A stretch of 64,000 nt of DNA from Minisyncoccia bacterium (GCA_041750655.1 JBGSYZ010000017.1:68142-132141), one strand, 5' to 3'; positions 29,222 through 39,797 are shown, counted from the stretch's first letter. Notes: generated by a model from the sequence alone, not told the origin. Made by a program: numbers and translations.

Positions 29222-31192
29222 ATGGCTCGAGCTGCCACAATCGGCAACGGAAGCATTTTAGTAGGCATTGACGATCGTGGTCAAGTCCGGGATTTTTACT
29301 ACCCATATGTTGGTCACTCCAACCATGTGAGTGGTGGCAGTGGCTCGTATTGGCACCGAATCGGAGTGTGGGTAGACGGTTCATTTTCTTGGATAGAGGA
29401 GAGTGAGTGGGACGTTGAAGTTGATGTTCACCAGAAAAAAATGAGTACCAACATAGTAGCGATTAATAAAAGGTTGAAAATCACCCTTGCATTTCGAGAT
29501 GTGGTACACAACGAGCAAAACATTTTTTTACGTAATGTCATTGTTTCCAACGACGCCGACACTAATCGTAAGATAAAAGTTTTTTTTGCCCAAGAATTTC
29601 GTATTTCCGAATCACGCCGGGGTGATACTGGTATGTATGATCCACGAGTAAAATCGCTTGTTCATTACAAAGGTCATAATGTTTTTTTAATAAATGCTGA
29701 AATCAATGGTCAAACTTTTTCAGATTACAGTATCGGTATTTTTGATATTGAAGGCAAAGACGGTACGTTTCGTGATGCGGAAGATGGTCATCTAGAACGA
29801 AACAGTATCGAACATGGTTCAGTCGACTCAGTATTAGGTCTTGAAGCCACTATGGCGCCGAATGCGAAAACGGAAATAAATTACTGGGTGGTAGTCGGAG
29901 AAAATATACCCGAAGCCCATGCCCTTAATGGGTATGTGATAACCGAACGTCCAGAACGCATTCGTAAATCAGTTGAAAACTACTGGAGTGTCTGGGTAGA
30001 AAAAGATGGACGAGACTTATCGCCTTTACCAAAACCATTACAAGAGTTGTACCAAAAATCACTACAAATAATCCGAGTACACGCTGATAAAGGCGGCGGA
30101 ATTATTGCTTCTGGTGATTCAGAGATGCTTAATCATGGTCGTGATAACTATAGTTATGTATGGCCGCGGGATGCTGTCGTAGCGGCTGATGCACTACGGC
30201 GAGGGGGGTATGTTGATACCGCGAAGCGTTTTTATTTGTTTTTGTCTGAACTCCTAGAACCAGATGGATATCTAATGCATAAGTATAGAGTTGATGGTGC
30301 GTTGGGCAGTTCTTGGCATCCGTGGATGCGAGGAGGTAAAGTTCGGTTACCTATACAAGAAGACGAAACTTCGAGTATTCTGTTTTTTCTTTGGCAGCAA
30401 TACGAACACAATCATGATGTTGAGTTCATTGAATCTTTGTATAACTCTTTCATCGAACCAGCGGCAGAATTTATGGTTGGGTATATTGATGATGAAACTG
30501 GACTGCCTTTTGGGTCGTACGATTTGTGGGAAGAAAAATTTGGCACCTCAACCTACACGGCCGCTTCGGTGTACGGTGGATTGATGGCAGCTGCCAATTT
30601 TAGTACTGTCCTTGGTAAACAAAAAAATGCTGACGCTTACAAAAAAACTGCCCTTACTGTCAAGGATGGAATCTTGAAGTATCTATACTTAGAAGATTTT
30701 CAGTCATTTGTAAAACTGGTGCGACTTGATGATGGTCTTTTGGAATATGATCACACCATTGATAGCAGTAGTTTTTTCGGGCTCATTTTATTCAATGTAT
30801 TAGAGATAGACGATCCGCGGGTGGCTAGTTTCAAGAAAATAATCGACAGCAAGTTATTTGTGGGTTCTGGGATTGACGGCGGGTATGTACGCTATGAAAA
30901 TGATCAATACTACACTGCTAAAGACACACAGGTTCCAAATCCTTGGATTGTGTGCACACTTTGGATGGCCCAGTATGAAATCAAAAAAGCAAAAAATAAA
31001 AAGGAGCTTACACCAGCCTTAGAGATGTTACAGTGGGCACAGAGCACTGCTTCAAAAAGCGGTATCATGGCCGAACAAATACACCCAGTTACTAAAGCTC
31101 CGCTGTCAACTGCTCCGTTAGTATGGAGTCACGCAGAGTTTGTTATTACTGTAGATGAGTATCTAAAAAAATATCGTGCTTTACCGGCCTAG
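29222..31192 (+). CDS. GH15 glucoamylase-like glycoside hydrolase
   Basis: YSYVWPRD, QEDET, DLWEE, AEQ...PLVWSHA. Confidence 0.93.
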   Translation: MARAATIGNGSILVGIDDRGQVRDFYYPYVGHSNHVSGGSGSYWHRIGVWVDGSFSWIEESEWDVEVDVHQKKMSTNIVAINKRLKITLAFRDVVHNEQNIFLRNVIVSNDADTNRKIKVFFAQEFRISESRRGDTGMYDPRVKSLVHYKGHNVFLINAEINGQTFSDYSIGIFDIEGKDGTFRDAEDGHLERNSIEHGSVDSVLGLEATMAPNAKTEINYWVVVGENIPEAHALNGYVITERPERIRKSVENYWSVWVEKDGRDLSPLPKPLQELYQKSLQIIRVHADKGGGIIASGDSEMLNHGRDNYSYVWPRDAVVAADALRRGGYVDTAKRFYLFLSELLEPDGYLMHKYRVDGALGSSWHPWMRGGKVRLPIQEDETSSILFFLWQQYEHNHDVEFIESLYNSFIEPAAEFMVGYIDDETGLPFGSYDLWEEKFGTSTYTAASVYGGLMAAANFSTVLGKQKNADAYKKTALTVKDGILKYLYLEDFQSFVKLVRLDDGLLEYDHTIDSSSFFGLILFNVLEIDDPRVASFKKIIDSKLFVGSGIDGGYVRYENDQYYTAKDTQVPNPWIVCTLWMAQYEIKKAKNKKELTPALEMLQWAQSTASKSGIMAEQIHPVTKAPLSTAPLVWSHAEFVITVDEYLKKYRALPA

Positions 31193-31194
31193 TA

Positions 31195-32004
31195 TTAAAA
31201 TTTTTTACGCCAAAAACTAAGGCCACAAGGTAGCCAAAACTGTTTTCCTATTTCGGTTCTATGAATTGAATACGCGAGCGCGCCGGTGCCAAGTTTTTCT
31301 CCTATTACTTCAGCCAAGCTACGCATGTAGGTACCAGAAGAACAAATACACATTATATTTATTAATAGAAATTCTCGGCTGTTATTGTGTGCTAAAAATT
31401 CTTCCCAAGTAGCTTCTACTGATTCACGTCGGAAGTCCGCACCGAGAGCTTTGCTTTTCTCGGTGACTGTCGGCAAAGAGCGAATTTTCTCTCTCGCGGT
31501 TTTAACAATTTCGTCACCAGAAAGTCTGCTTATAGTATCAATTCTAATTTTATATATATAGCCTTCTTGAGTCGGGATAGTTATTTCATTAAGTTTATTC
31601 TCCAGTGCCCACTGGAACAGTGGTTTACCGTTCACAGTTTTGGAAGAAAACTTAGGGTAGGGGACAGCAAACAGTCCACGCATTTTTTTGATAGTGCGAA
31701 TTACTGTATGGCGTGGGATTTCTAACTCCGGACATGACTGTATAAGGCCAAGAACATCACCACTGTCAGATTTAACACCAAGCAATATTTCTACTTTATA
31801 CTCTTTATCAAGAGCATGATATTTTTCTTGAACCTTGCATTCCTCGCCGATAAGCACTAAGAGCTTACCGGACGCCATCGGGTCTAATCTGCCGGCGTAG
31901 GCCATTTTAGCTTCGCTATACCCTGGATACCATTTCTTAAAGGCTTCGATAGCTTGCAGCGGTGTTTGTCCCACTTTTTTATCAATCACAACCCACTTTT
32001 TCAT
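31195..32004 (-). CDS. truB: tRNA pseudouridine synthase TruB-like
   Basis: YAGRLDPMASGKL, KEY, CSSGTYMRSLA. Confidence 0.85.
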   Translation of the reverse strand: MKKWVVIDKKVGQTPLQAIEAFKKWYPGYSEAKMAYAGRLDPMASGKLLVLIGEECKVQEKYHALDKEYKVEILLGVKSDSGDVLGLIQSCPELEIPRHTVIRTIKKMRGLFAVPYPKFSSKTVNGKPLFQWALENKLNEITIPTQEGYIYKIRIDTISRLSGDEIVKTAREKIRSLPTVTEKSKALGADFRRESVEATWEEFLAHNNSREFLLINIMCICSSGTYMRSLAEVIGEKLGTGALAYSIHRTEIGKQFWLPCGLSFWRKKF

Positions 32005-32066
32005 AGAGACAGTATACCCCGTATAAAAAGTAAGAGCTCCCCAGGTTTGGGGAGCTCGTGGTTTCA

Positions 32067-32414
32067 TTAAACATCAGGCCAGCATTTTTTGCGGGCTAGA
32101 TACTCTATTTCTAGAATCGTGAAAGTCTCATTCTCGATTCCTGGAAAGAATTCTCTAGCCTGGCCGCCGATGGATAAGGTGAGCAATTCCATGTCTGAAC
32201 GAGTGTCATGGTAGACACTTGTTTCGCCCAGGATGAAATCGACAGTTACCCAACAGACACCGTCTTTGGGCTTGATGTCGACAACAACCGTGTGTTCATC
32301 GTCACCTTGGAAAACCTGCGGATCTTCTGAGAAGACCACTGGTCGGTCCTGGCTCTTCTCACCTATAGAAAAATTGGCGAGAAGAAGAATAGTTGCCAGA
32401 ATTACCTCAATCAT
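32067..32414 (-). CDS. Hypothetical secreted protein
   Basis: Hydrophobic N-terminus; SD AGGAGG. Confidence 0.6.
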   Translation of the reverse strand: MIEVILATILLLANFSIGEKSQDRPVVFSEDPQVFQGDDEHTVVVDIKPKDGVCWVTVDFILGETSVYHDTRSDMELLTLSIGGQAREFFPGIENETFTILEIEYLARKKCWPDV

Positions 32415-32539
32415 GTCACTGCCTCCTGATCAGGCCCTTTTGTAGGGCGTTTACTCTTTTTTTATTATACCATATTTAAATTGATTTGTACAACTACCAA
32501 AGCAGCCGCGAAGCGGCTGCTTTTAAAATAAAGTTATGT

Positions 32540-33835
32540 TTAGCTGTAGTATTCAGTGAATACTGTGAGAGCTAATGAGGCAATTAGCAGACCAGCAAAC
32601 ATGGTTGGTGCACCTTGTTTTATCCAGTCCATAAAGGAAATCGGGTGAGCGGTCTTTTCAGACTTAGCCACCACAATCACTCCAGCGGTTGAACCAATTG
32701 GTGAACCGTTTCCTCCAAATCCAACTCCAAAAACGAGAGCCCACCAAAGCAAATCAACTGGGATACCGGAAGCACCTAAGTAACCGATAATTGGAATCAT
32801 AGCTACTGTCAGCGGAATATTATCAACGATGGCAGAAAGAATCGCACTGGCCCATAGAATAATCAAAGCTGTCATTAGGAGATTACCTTCAGCACCGGCA
32901 GTTAGGAGATGAGCCATGCGCTCCAGCACTCCAGCGTGCTCCAAGCCACCAACAATCACAAAGAGAGAAGCAAAGAAAAGAAGTACAGATAGTTCAGTCT
33001 TTTCGATAATACCTTGTGGATCATGTTTTGGTGCTACCATGATGAGCGACAAAGAAGCTCCGATTAATGCAACCATTGCTGGTTCTAAATGAAGTAATCC
33101 ATGGAGGAAGAAGAGAACAATAGTAAAACCAAAAACTATAAGCAACTTTCTCATAGTGCGTGGTTCTTTAATGGCTTCGTATTCATTCATGGCCATCAAC
33201 TTATCAACGTTCTCTGGTAGTTTGGCTAAATCTTTACGGTAAACAACTTTAAAGATAGCTAATGTAGCAACCCAGGTAAGGATTACAACCGGTAGTGCGT
33301 GAATTAAAAAATCGTTGAAAGTAAAGCCGGCTGCTGAACCAATCATAATGTTTGGCGGATCTCCAATGAGTGTACCGGTACCACCAATGTTAGAAAGAAG
33401 AGCTTCGGACATCAGAATCGGAGTCGGGTTTATTTTAAGAATATCTGCAATGATGATAGTCACTGGCACGATTAAAATTATAGTGGTCACGTTATCAAGA
33501 ACCATAGAAAGAATGGCTGTAATAGCACCAAGGGCAATCATTAGATACCAAGGGTTACCCTTGGATTTTTTGGCTGTCCAGATACCCATAAACTGAAAGA
33601 AGCCAGTTTTCTCAAGCATGGATACCATAAGCATCATTCCAAAAAGCAGTCCTAGAGTATTGAAGTCAACTACGTCAACTACTTCTTCCGGGTGGAAAAA
33701 ACCAAGAATCATTCCGGCAATTACCATGGCCATAGCTCCAAAGAGAGCCACCACTGTCCGGTGGATTCTCTCAGTGAGAATGAAGAAAAAAGTGATGACA
33801 AAAATCAGTAGTGATGTAATTGTTATTAAGTCCAT
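32540..33835 (-). CDS. ArsB/NhaD (SLC13) ion permease
   Basis: LDNVTT, NIGGTGTLIGDPPN, IVDNIP, GGNGSPIGS. Confidence 0.93.
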   Translation of the reverse strand: MDLITITSLLIFVITFFFILTERIHRTVVALFGAMAMVIAGMILGFFHPEEVVDVVDFNTLGLLFGMMLMVSMLEKTGFFQFMGIWTAKKSKGNPWYLMIALGAITAILSMVLDNVTTIILIVPVTIIIADILKINPTPILMSEALLSNIGGTGTLIGDPPNIMIGSAAGFTFNDFLIHALPVVILTWVATLAIFKVVYRKDLAKLPENVDKLMAMNEYEAIKEPRTMRKLLIVFGFTIVLFFLHGLLHLEPAMVALIGASLSLIMVAPKHDPQGIIEKTELSVLLFFASLFVIVGGLEHAGVLERMAHLLTAGAEGNLLMTALIILWASAILSAIVDNIPLTVAMIPIIGYLGASGIPVDLLWWALVFGVGFGGNGSPIGSTAGVIVVAKSEKTAHPISFMDWIKQGAPTMFAGLLIASLALTVFTEYYS

Positions 33836-33902
33836 AAAAGTAGTTAGGTGAAAAATAAAAAACGTGTAAAACACGTCAAAAATAGTTAATCACAAGTTAT
33901 AT

Positions 33903-34361
33903 TTATTGTGAGTCTTCTATATCGAGCTGTTCAGCAATAATGTGTTTTAGGCCTTGGCGGGAAACAATGCCAACTGGACGACCTTCCTCATCAATAACTG
34001 GAATTCGGAGTCGTTTATTGGCGATAGCGGTAACTGCAACAGCCATAAGACTTTCTTTTTCAGTTACGGTAGTTAGTTCTGATGACATAAAGTCGCTAAC
34101 TGATTTGTTTTGTGTTTCAGTTACAGCTGCTTTAAACATGTCTTCCGTAGCAAAGTGAGCGGCAGTACTGTCACCGTCTAGATACTCTGGGACAACAGCA
34201 TCAAGCAAGTCTGTAACGCTGGTAACACCTATTAATTTCCCTTCATCGTTAGTAATAAGTAAGACGTTTGTTTTTTTTGTAACCATCAAAGAAACAGCTT
34301 CCTTGAAAGAAGCGTCAGCAGAAATGATAACAGGCTCTTTAATTATATCTTTTAGTTCCAT
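33903..34361 (-). CDS. CBS-domain protein (paralog of 10767-11213)
   Basis: Paired CBS motifs; shares VP..LDGD and RPVGI.SR.GLK with the paralog. Confidence 0.88.
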   Translation of the reverse strand: MELKDIIKEPVIISADASFKEAVSLMVTKKTNVLLITNDEGKLIGVTSVTDLLDAVVPEYLDGDSTAAHFATEDMFKAAVTETQNKSVSDFMSSELTTVTEKESLMAVAVTAIANKRLRIPVIDEEGRPVGIVSRQGLKHIIAEQLDIEDSQ

Positions 34362-34421
34362 AAGACGAGGAGCATCATACTCCTCTAGAAATTGTTGTAA
34401 AGGGAAGATAGTCACAGTTGA

Positions 34422-34460
34422 TGTTAAAATCAATTTATGAAGAAAAGATGTACGTGGTAA
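34422..34460 (+). pseudogene. tag 5'-end remnant copy 1 (promoter + MKKRCTW*)
   Basis: TG-T-TAAAAT-N6-ATG AAG AAA AGA TGT ACG TGG TAA aligns with tag MKIRCQW. Confidence 0.65.
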
Positions 34461-34465
34461 GGGGC

Positions 34466-34551
34466 TGAAACAGTCTGGGAGATTGTTTCAGGAGGTTGCC
34501 TTGGATTTTGTAAAAACACCGACAACCAGTACAGCTCCTGTAAGGAGGGCC
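34466..34551 (+). mobile_element. Structured element family I, copy E1
   Basis: TGAAACAGTC/GATTGTTTCA hairpin; GGTTG...CAACC stem; GTAC; CTCC-TGTAA-GGAG hairpin. Confidence 0.75.
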
Positions 34552-34558
34552 AGTTCAT

Positions 34559-34642
34559 TGGTACACTACGAATATGAAAACTCGTTGCGCATGGTGTACA
34601 GAAGAACAAATCTATATTGACTACCATGATAAAGAATGGGGT
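34559..34642 (+). pseudogene. tag 5'-end remnant copy 2 (promoter + 23 codons)
   Basis: TGG-TACACT-N6-ATG encoding MKTRCAWCTEEQIYIDYHDKEWG, versus intact MKIRCQWCGDDPLYISYHDTEWG. Confidence 0.9.
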
Positions 34643-34730
34643 TGAAAATGTCTGGAGACATTTTCAAAAGGTTTACTAATATTTTTGCTAGAAAATATTG
34701 AAAACCTGAACAGTTTCTGTAAGAAATACC
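34642..34730 (+). mobile_element. Structured element family I, copy E2
   Basis: TTGAAAATGTC/GACATTTTCAA; AGGTTT...AAACCT; GAAC; TTTC-TGTAA-GAAA. Confidence 0.75.
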
Positions 34731-34751
34731 AGGGACTGGTACACTAGGTAT

Positions 34752-35312
34752 ATGAAAATTCGCTGCCAGTGGTGTGGGGATGATCCTCTCTATATTTCTT
34801 ATCACGATACTGAGTGGGGTGTACCAGTGTATGACGACATCAGGCTATTTGAATTTATTACTCTTGAAGGGGCGCAGGCGGGTTTGTCGTGGTTGACCAT
34901 TTTAAAAAAGAGGGAAGGATATCGCAAGGCATTTAAAGGGTTTGATCCCAAAAAAGTGGCTAAGATGACACAAAAGGATGTAGAAAGGTTGATGAAGGAT
35001 GAAAGTATTATCCGTAATCGACTGAAAATAAACTCGACGATAACTAACGCGCAAGCTTTTTTGAAGATTCAAAAAGAATTCGGTAGTTTTTCGGCCTACA
35101 TGTGGGCTTGGGTAGAAGGTAAACCGATTCAAAATAAATTTAAGAATATTAGTGATGTACCGGCGGTGACCGAGCTCGCCACCGCTATGTCCAAGGATTT
35201 AAAAAAGCGGGGTTTCAAATTTCTCGGCCCAACTATCTGGTATGCTCATATGCAAGCCTGTGGGGTGGTGAATGACCACACGGTGGATTGTTTTAGGTAT
35301 AATGAACTTTAA
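34752..35312 (+). CDS. tag: DNA-3-methyladenine glycosylase I
   Basis: RCQW, YHDTEWG, LEGAQAGLSW, IIRNRLKI, GFKFLGPT, NDH...C. Confidence 0.97.
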   Translation: MKIRCQWCGDDPLYISYHDTEWGVPVYDDIRLFEFITLEGAQAGLSWLTILKKREGYRKAFKGFDPKKVAKMTQKDVERLMKDESIIRNRLKINSTITNAQAFLKIQKEFGSFSAYMWAWVEGKPIQNKFKNISDVPAVTELATAMSKDLKKRGFKFLGPTIWYAHMQACGVVNDHTVDCFRYNEL

Positions 35313-35313
35313 T

Positions 35314-35859
35314 ATGAGTAGTCAAAAAACTATAAGACCCTATACTCTTGAGTCATATAATCCTGAATGGAAAAATATTTTTATTAAAACCGCTGAAGAA
35401 ATACGGCCGTTGTTCGGTACGAATTTGTTAGCAATTGAACATGTTGGTAGTACTTCCGTTGAAGGAATGATTGCCAAGCCTCAAATCGACGTGCTCGCTA
35501 TCGTAAAGGATCTGGATTTGATTCCAGAGATATACTCTGATTTTGAATCTATAGGGTATGTTCCTCGTGGCCGAGAGTATGTAGGGATTGGTGATGAGTA
35601 TGTAACTAAAGATGCAAAAGATGGTAAAAGACTCGCTGGAATACATATTTTTGAAGATGGACATCCACGTATAAAGGAGTATCGGGAGTTCAGGGAATAT
35701 TTAAGAAATAATGAGGAGGATAAAGAAAAGTATATAGATATCAAGAAAAGACTTCTAAATTCTGGTATTGATATAAAAGGTTACGACAAAGGAAAGAGTG
35801 AAGTTGTAAATGAAATTTTAAAAAGAGCTCGTGAGTGGGCAAAAATTAACCCAGTGTAG
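35314..35859 (+). CDS. GrpB family nucleotidyltransferase-like protein
   Basis: YNPEW, IEHVGSTSVEGMIAKPQIDV, FREYLR. Confidence 0.9.
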   Translation: MSSQKTIRPYTLESYNPEWKNIFIKTAEEIRPLFGTNLLAIEHVGSTSVEGMIAKPQIDVLAIVKDLDLIPEIYSDFESIGYVPRGREYVGIGDEYVTKDAKDGKRLAGIHIFEDGHPRIKEYREFREYLRNNEEDKEKYIDIKKRLLNSGIDIKGYDKGKSEVVNEILKRAREWAKINPV

Positions 35860-36067
35860 ACGCTTTTCCACTTTATTTACCTACATAATGTGCTACTATA
35901 CCGGCGGGTTGGTTTTTCAGTGAATGCAGGTTGAACCGGAACCGAATGGCAGATTTTGTCATTTTGTCCTCATTTTTCCTGCATTTACTACACAACACCA
36001 ACTATAAATAAACGTTATTTTGATGTTGAACGCATTTATATTTACCCAGCCCCAAAAAATAAAAATT

Positions 36068-36949
36068 ATGCTGGTGGACGTAACCAAATTGCCAAATATT
36101 TTTCTTAGTTTCGTGCCTCTTGTGGTGGGGTTTATTTTTTGGGGCTGGGCAGGCAGCTTACACGCCGCTGAAAAGGAAGGGGGTGTTTCAGTACACTTAA
36201 CACCATACGTAGTTGGACACATTGGTACTGTACCAATTACAGCTACGTTACTTAGTGCTTGGTTAGCAATGATTGTCTTAATCACTATCGCTTTTTTTGC
36301 TGGTCGACACCCAAAACTCGTTCCAACCAAATTTCAGAACCTGTTTGAACTATTAATAGGTGGTGTGTATGACTACATGACGGATGTGCTGGAGAGTAGG
36401 ACATTGGCACGGAAATATTTTCCGATTGTGATGACCATCTTTCTGTTTATTCTTTTCATGAATTGGCTCGGACTTTTCCCGGGAGTGACATCAATTGGAG
36501 TGTACGAAGGTCATGGCGCGGATACCCACTTTATACCGTTCCTGTACCCTGGGGCGACCGATCTCAATATTACCCTCGCGTTTGCGATTGTGGCCTTTGT
36601 AGTCATTGAGTTTGCGGGAATAGCAGCAATTGGCACGTGGCGCTATGCGGGAAAGTTTATCAACCTAAAGTTTCTCCTCAAGCCTAACTTCACCAATATC
36701 ATCGGTTTTTTTATTGGCTTGATTGAACTCATCTCTGAGCTGGCTCGCTTGATTTCATTCTCGTTTCGACTCTTCGGGAATATTTTTGCCGGCAAGACAC
36801 TCTTGTTGGTAGTAATGACACTTGCCACACCGTACTTCGTGCCGGTACCGTTGATGGCCTATGAGCTCTTTGTTGGCTTCATTCAGGCCTTCATTTTTGC
36901 GGTACTCACTCTATTTTTCATTAAAATAGCGGTGGAGGAGCCGCACTGA
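36068..36949 (+). CDS. atpB: ATP synthase subunit a
   Basis: SFSFRLFGNIFAG, IQAFIFAVLT. Confidence 0.96.
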   Translation: MLVDVTKLPNIFLSFVPLVVGFIFWGWAGSLHAAEKEGGVSVHLTPYVVGHIGTVPITATLLSAWLAMIVLITIAFFAGRHPKLVPTKFQNLFELLIGGVYDYMTDVLESRTLARKYFPIVMTIFLFILFMNWLGLFPGVTSIGVYEGHGADTHFIPFLYPGATDLNITLAFAIVAFVVIEFAGIAAIGTWRYAGKFINLKFLLKPNFTNIIGFFIGLIELISELARLISFSFRLFGNIFAGKTLLLVVMTLATPYFVPVPLMAYELFVGFIQAFIFAVLTLFFIKIAVEEPH

Positions 36950-37013
36950 TTAGTTATTAAAAACGAACTTGCATTGGCATGTCGGTTCGTCATTAATCAT
37001 TAATCAAAATTAA

Positions 37014-37283
<270 letters not shown>

Positions 37284-37313
37284 TTAACACTACGCAATTT
37301 TGCGTAAACCATT

Positions 37314-37763
37314 ATGGAAGAAATTATTCACAAATTTGGTATCGACGGAAAGCTCGTCATCATTCAAATCATCAACTTTACCGTGTTGGTGGGGCTGCTT
37401 TCATATTTTCTCTACAAGCCACTTTTAAAAATATTGGCTGATAGGGAGAAGAAAATTGCTCAGGGAGTGGCTGACGCCGAGGCTGCCGCTACAGCCCGCG
37501 CGATGGCCGAGGATGAAAAGCAGTCTATTGTGAGTGCCGCTCATAAAGAAGCTGAGCAAGTTAGCGCACGTGCCCAAGCTCACGCCCAAGAAAAATCTAC
37601 CGAGATAATAGAGTCGGCCGAGGAAAAAGCTAACGCCGTCTTACGACAAGCGGAAGCCAGAGGGGAAGATATCAAAACACAAGCCCATAAAGACAGTGAA
37701 GCAGAAATTGCTAAGCTCGCAGTATTGGCCGCTGAGAAGGTTCTTGCTCAAAAAAATTCATAA
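37314..37763 (+). CDS. atpF: ATP synthase subunit b
   Basis: QIINF TM, KPLLKILADRE, coiled coil. Confidence 0.95.
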   Translation: MEEIIHKFGIDGKLVIIQIINFTVLVGLLSYFLYKPLLKILADREKKIAQGVADAEAAATARAMAEDEKQSIVSAAHKEAEQVSARAQAHAQEKSTEIIESAEEKANAVLRQAEARGEDIKTQAHKDSEAEIAKLAVLAAEKVLAQKNS

Positions 37764-37764
37764 A

Positions 37765-38145
37765 ATGAAACAAGAGTACATCAGAGCTATATTACAGATG
37801 CTTAAGGAAGGAAGGGACCTAGAGGTTATTCTTCATGGTCTTGTACGTACTCTTAAGAGTCGGGGACACCAAAAACTTCAGGCATCTATTTTGGCTGGTG
37901 TGCTTAGAGTTATTGAAGCTAAAAGTATTGATGAGTCTGTAGTGACTATTGCCTCTAAAGCATCATATGCTGCACAGGCGGCGGCTATCGCCGCCGCCCT
38001 CAAGGATCTCGAAGCCAACAAAGAACCAGTAGTCAAAACCGATCCTACTATCATTGGCGGGTTTATTGTTGAAGCCAACAACACTCGACACGATGCGAGT
38101 TATAAAACTAAACTCGTAAATCTCTATCGTTCACTTACCACCTAA
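37765..38145 (+). CDS. atpH: ATP synthase subunit delta (short)
   Basis: DPTIIGGFIV...DAS; located between atpF and atpA. Confidence 0.9.
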   Translation: MKQEYIRAILQMLKEGRDLEVILHGLVRTLKSRGHQKLQASILAGVLRVIEAKSIDESVVTIASKASYAAQAAAIAAALKDLEANKEPVVKTDPTIIGGFIVEANNTRHDASYKTKLVNLYRSLTT

Positions 38146-38181
38146 TTTATTACCAATTATCACCACTTAAATTTATTTACT

Positions 38182-39753
38182 ATGAGTACTGTTATTATCG
38201 ACAAAATAAAGAAAGAGATTGAAGGTCTCGACATCTCCGCTACTACCTCAGAAGTCGGTGTTGTTAGAGCTGTTGGTGATGGGATTGCCGAAATCGACGG
38301 CCTCGCTGGGGCAGAGATGATGGAAATGGTGGTCTTTGACGACAGTGATGGTCAGTCTCTGGAGGAAGTCATCTCTAAAAAGGATGCGCTCTTTGGTCTT
38401 ATCCTCAACCTCGAAGAAGATGTGGTGAAAGTGGTGGTACTTGGTGAAAGTACCCGGGTGAGAGAAGGAATGCGCGTGATGCGTACTAAGAAGCTTCTCT
38501 CCATTCCTGTTGGTGAAGAAATAGTGGGACGAGTGGTTTCTCCGCTTGGAGAAATTATCGACGGCAAAGGCGCTATTACTACTGACAAAGACATGCCAAT
38601 TGAACGCGTTGCCTACGGTGTGATGGATCGCTCGGGCGTAAATGAACCGATTCATACCGGTATCAAAGCTATCGACTCCATGATTCCTATTGGCCGTGGT
38701 CAGCGAGAGCTCATCATCGGTGACCGCCAAACCGGGAAAACCACCATTGCGGTGGATACCATCATTAATCAAAAGTACGAACCAAAAGATAAGCGACCAT
38801 TGTGTATTTACGTGGCTATCGGACAGAAGCGCTCCAAGACCGTGAGTATCATGGCCAAGCTTGAAGAAGCTGGCGCGATGGAGTACACCACGATTGTCGC
38901 TACTTCTGCCTCTGAAGCGTCACCGATGCTATTCTTGGCGCCATTTGCGGGGATGGCCATCGGTGAGTATTTTATGGAGCAAGGCCGCGACGTGTTGATT
39001 ATTCTTGATGATCTTTCCAAACACGCCAATGCCTATCGCCAGATGTCACTTTTGCTCCGCCGACCACCGGGTCGTGAAGCGTACCCGGGAGATATTTTCT
39101 ACCTACACTCACGTCTCTTGGAGCGTTCGGCCAAGCTTTCTAAAGAACTTGGTGGTGGTTCGATTACCGCGCTGCCGATAATTGAAACCCAAGAAGGTGA
39201 CGTATCTGCCTACATTCCGACCAACGTGATTTCGATTACCGACGGTCAGATTTTCCTGGATACTGATTTATTCAACAAAGGTATTCGACCAGCCCTAGAC
39301 GTGGGTATTTCGGTATCGCGAGTAGGTTCTTCCGCGCAGACCAAGGCCATGAAGAAGGTGGCGGGTAAGATTCGTCTGGAGCTCGCGCAGTTTCGAGAAC
39401 TCGAAGCTTTTATGCAGTTTGCCTCAGATTTAGACGACGAAACGAAAGCTCGAATTGAAAGTGGACGCAAGTACGTGGAGCTTCTCAAGCAACCGCAAAA
39501 CGCTCCGGTACCGTTCTACAAACAAGTGGTAGCGATTTATGCGGCCAACCACGGCATGTTCGAAGGTGCGCCAGTAGAAAACACACGTCAGATTGAGGCG
39601 TCGTTCCTCGAGTTTATGGAACGCGACCGTAATGATATTCTCGATAGTATCGAAGAAGGAAGAGAACTCACTGATGTAATCATCGAAAATCTTAACCAAG
39701 CCATCATGGACTACCGCGAAGCCCATCCGTCGCTGTACGCACTAACTGAATAA
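38182..39753 (+). CDS. atpA: ATP synthase subunit alpha
   Basis: GDRQTGKT, RRPPGREAYPGDIFYLHSRLLER. Confidence 0.98.
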   Translation: MSTVIIDKIKKEIEGLDISATTSEVGVVRAVGDGIAEIDGLAGAEMMEMVVFDDSDGQSLEEVISKKDALFGLILNLEEDVVKVVVLGESTRVREGMRVMRTKKLLSIPVGEEIVGRVVSPLGEIIDGKGAITTDKDMPIERVAYGVMDRSGVNEPIHTGIKAIDSMIPIGRGQRELIIGDRQTGKTTIAVDTIINQKYEPKDKRPLCIYVAIGQKRSKTVSIMAKLEEAGAMEYTTIVATSASEASPMLFLAPFAGMAIGEYFMEQGRDVLIILDDLSKHANAYRQMSLLLRRPPGREAYPGDIFYLHSRLLERSAKLSKELGGGSITALPIIETQEGDVSAYIPTNVISITDGQIFLDTDLFNKGIRPALDVGISVSRVGSSAQTKAMKKVAGKIRLELAQFRELEAFMQFASDLDDETKARIESGRKYVELLKQPQNAPVPFYKQVVAIYAANHGMFEGAPVENTRQIEASFLEFMERDRNDILDSIEEGRELTDVIIENLNQAIMDYREAHPSLYALTE

Positions 39754-39775
39754 ATTAAGTAGTAAATGAGAATAC

Positions 39776-39797
39776 TCACTATCATATATGATAGTGA
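39776..39797. repeat. Perfect 22-bp palindrome
   Basis: TCACTATCATATATGATAGTGA. Confidence 0.85.

Noticed and set aside
34430-34805. Minus-strand ORFs of 65 and 79 aa that resemble each other
   Set aside because: They are shadows of the duplicated tag 5' ends and elements on the plus strand.
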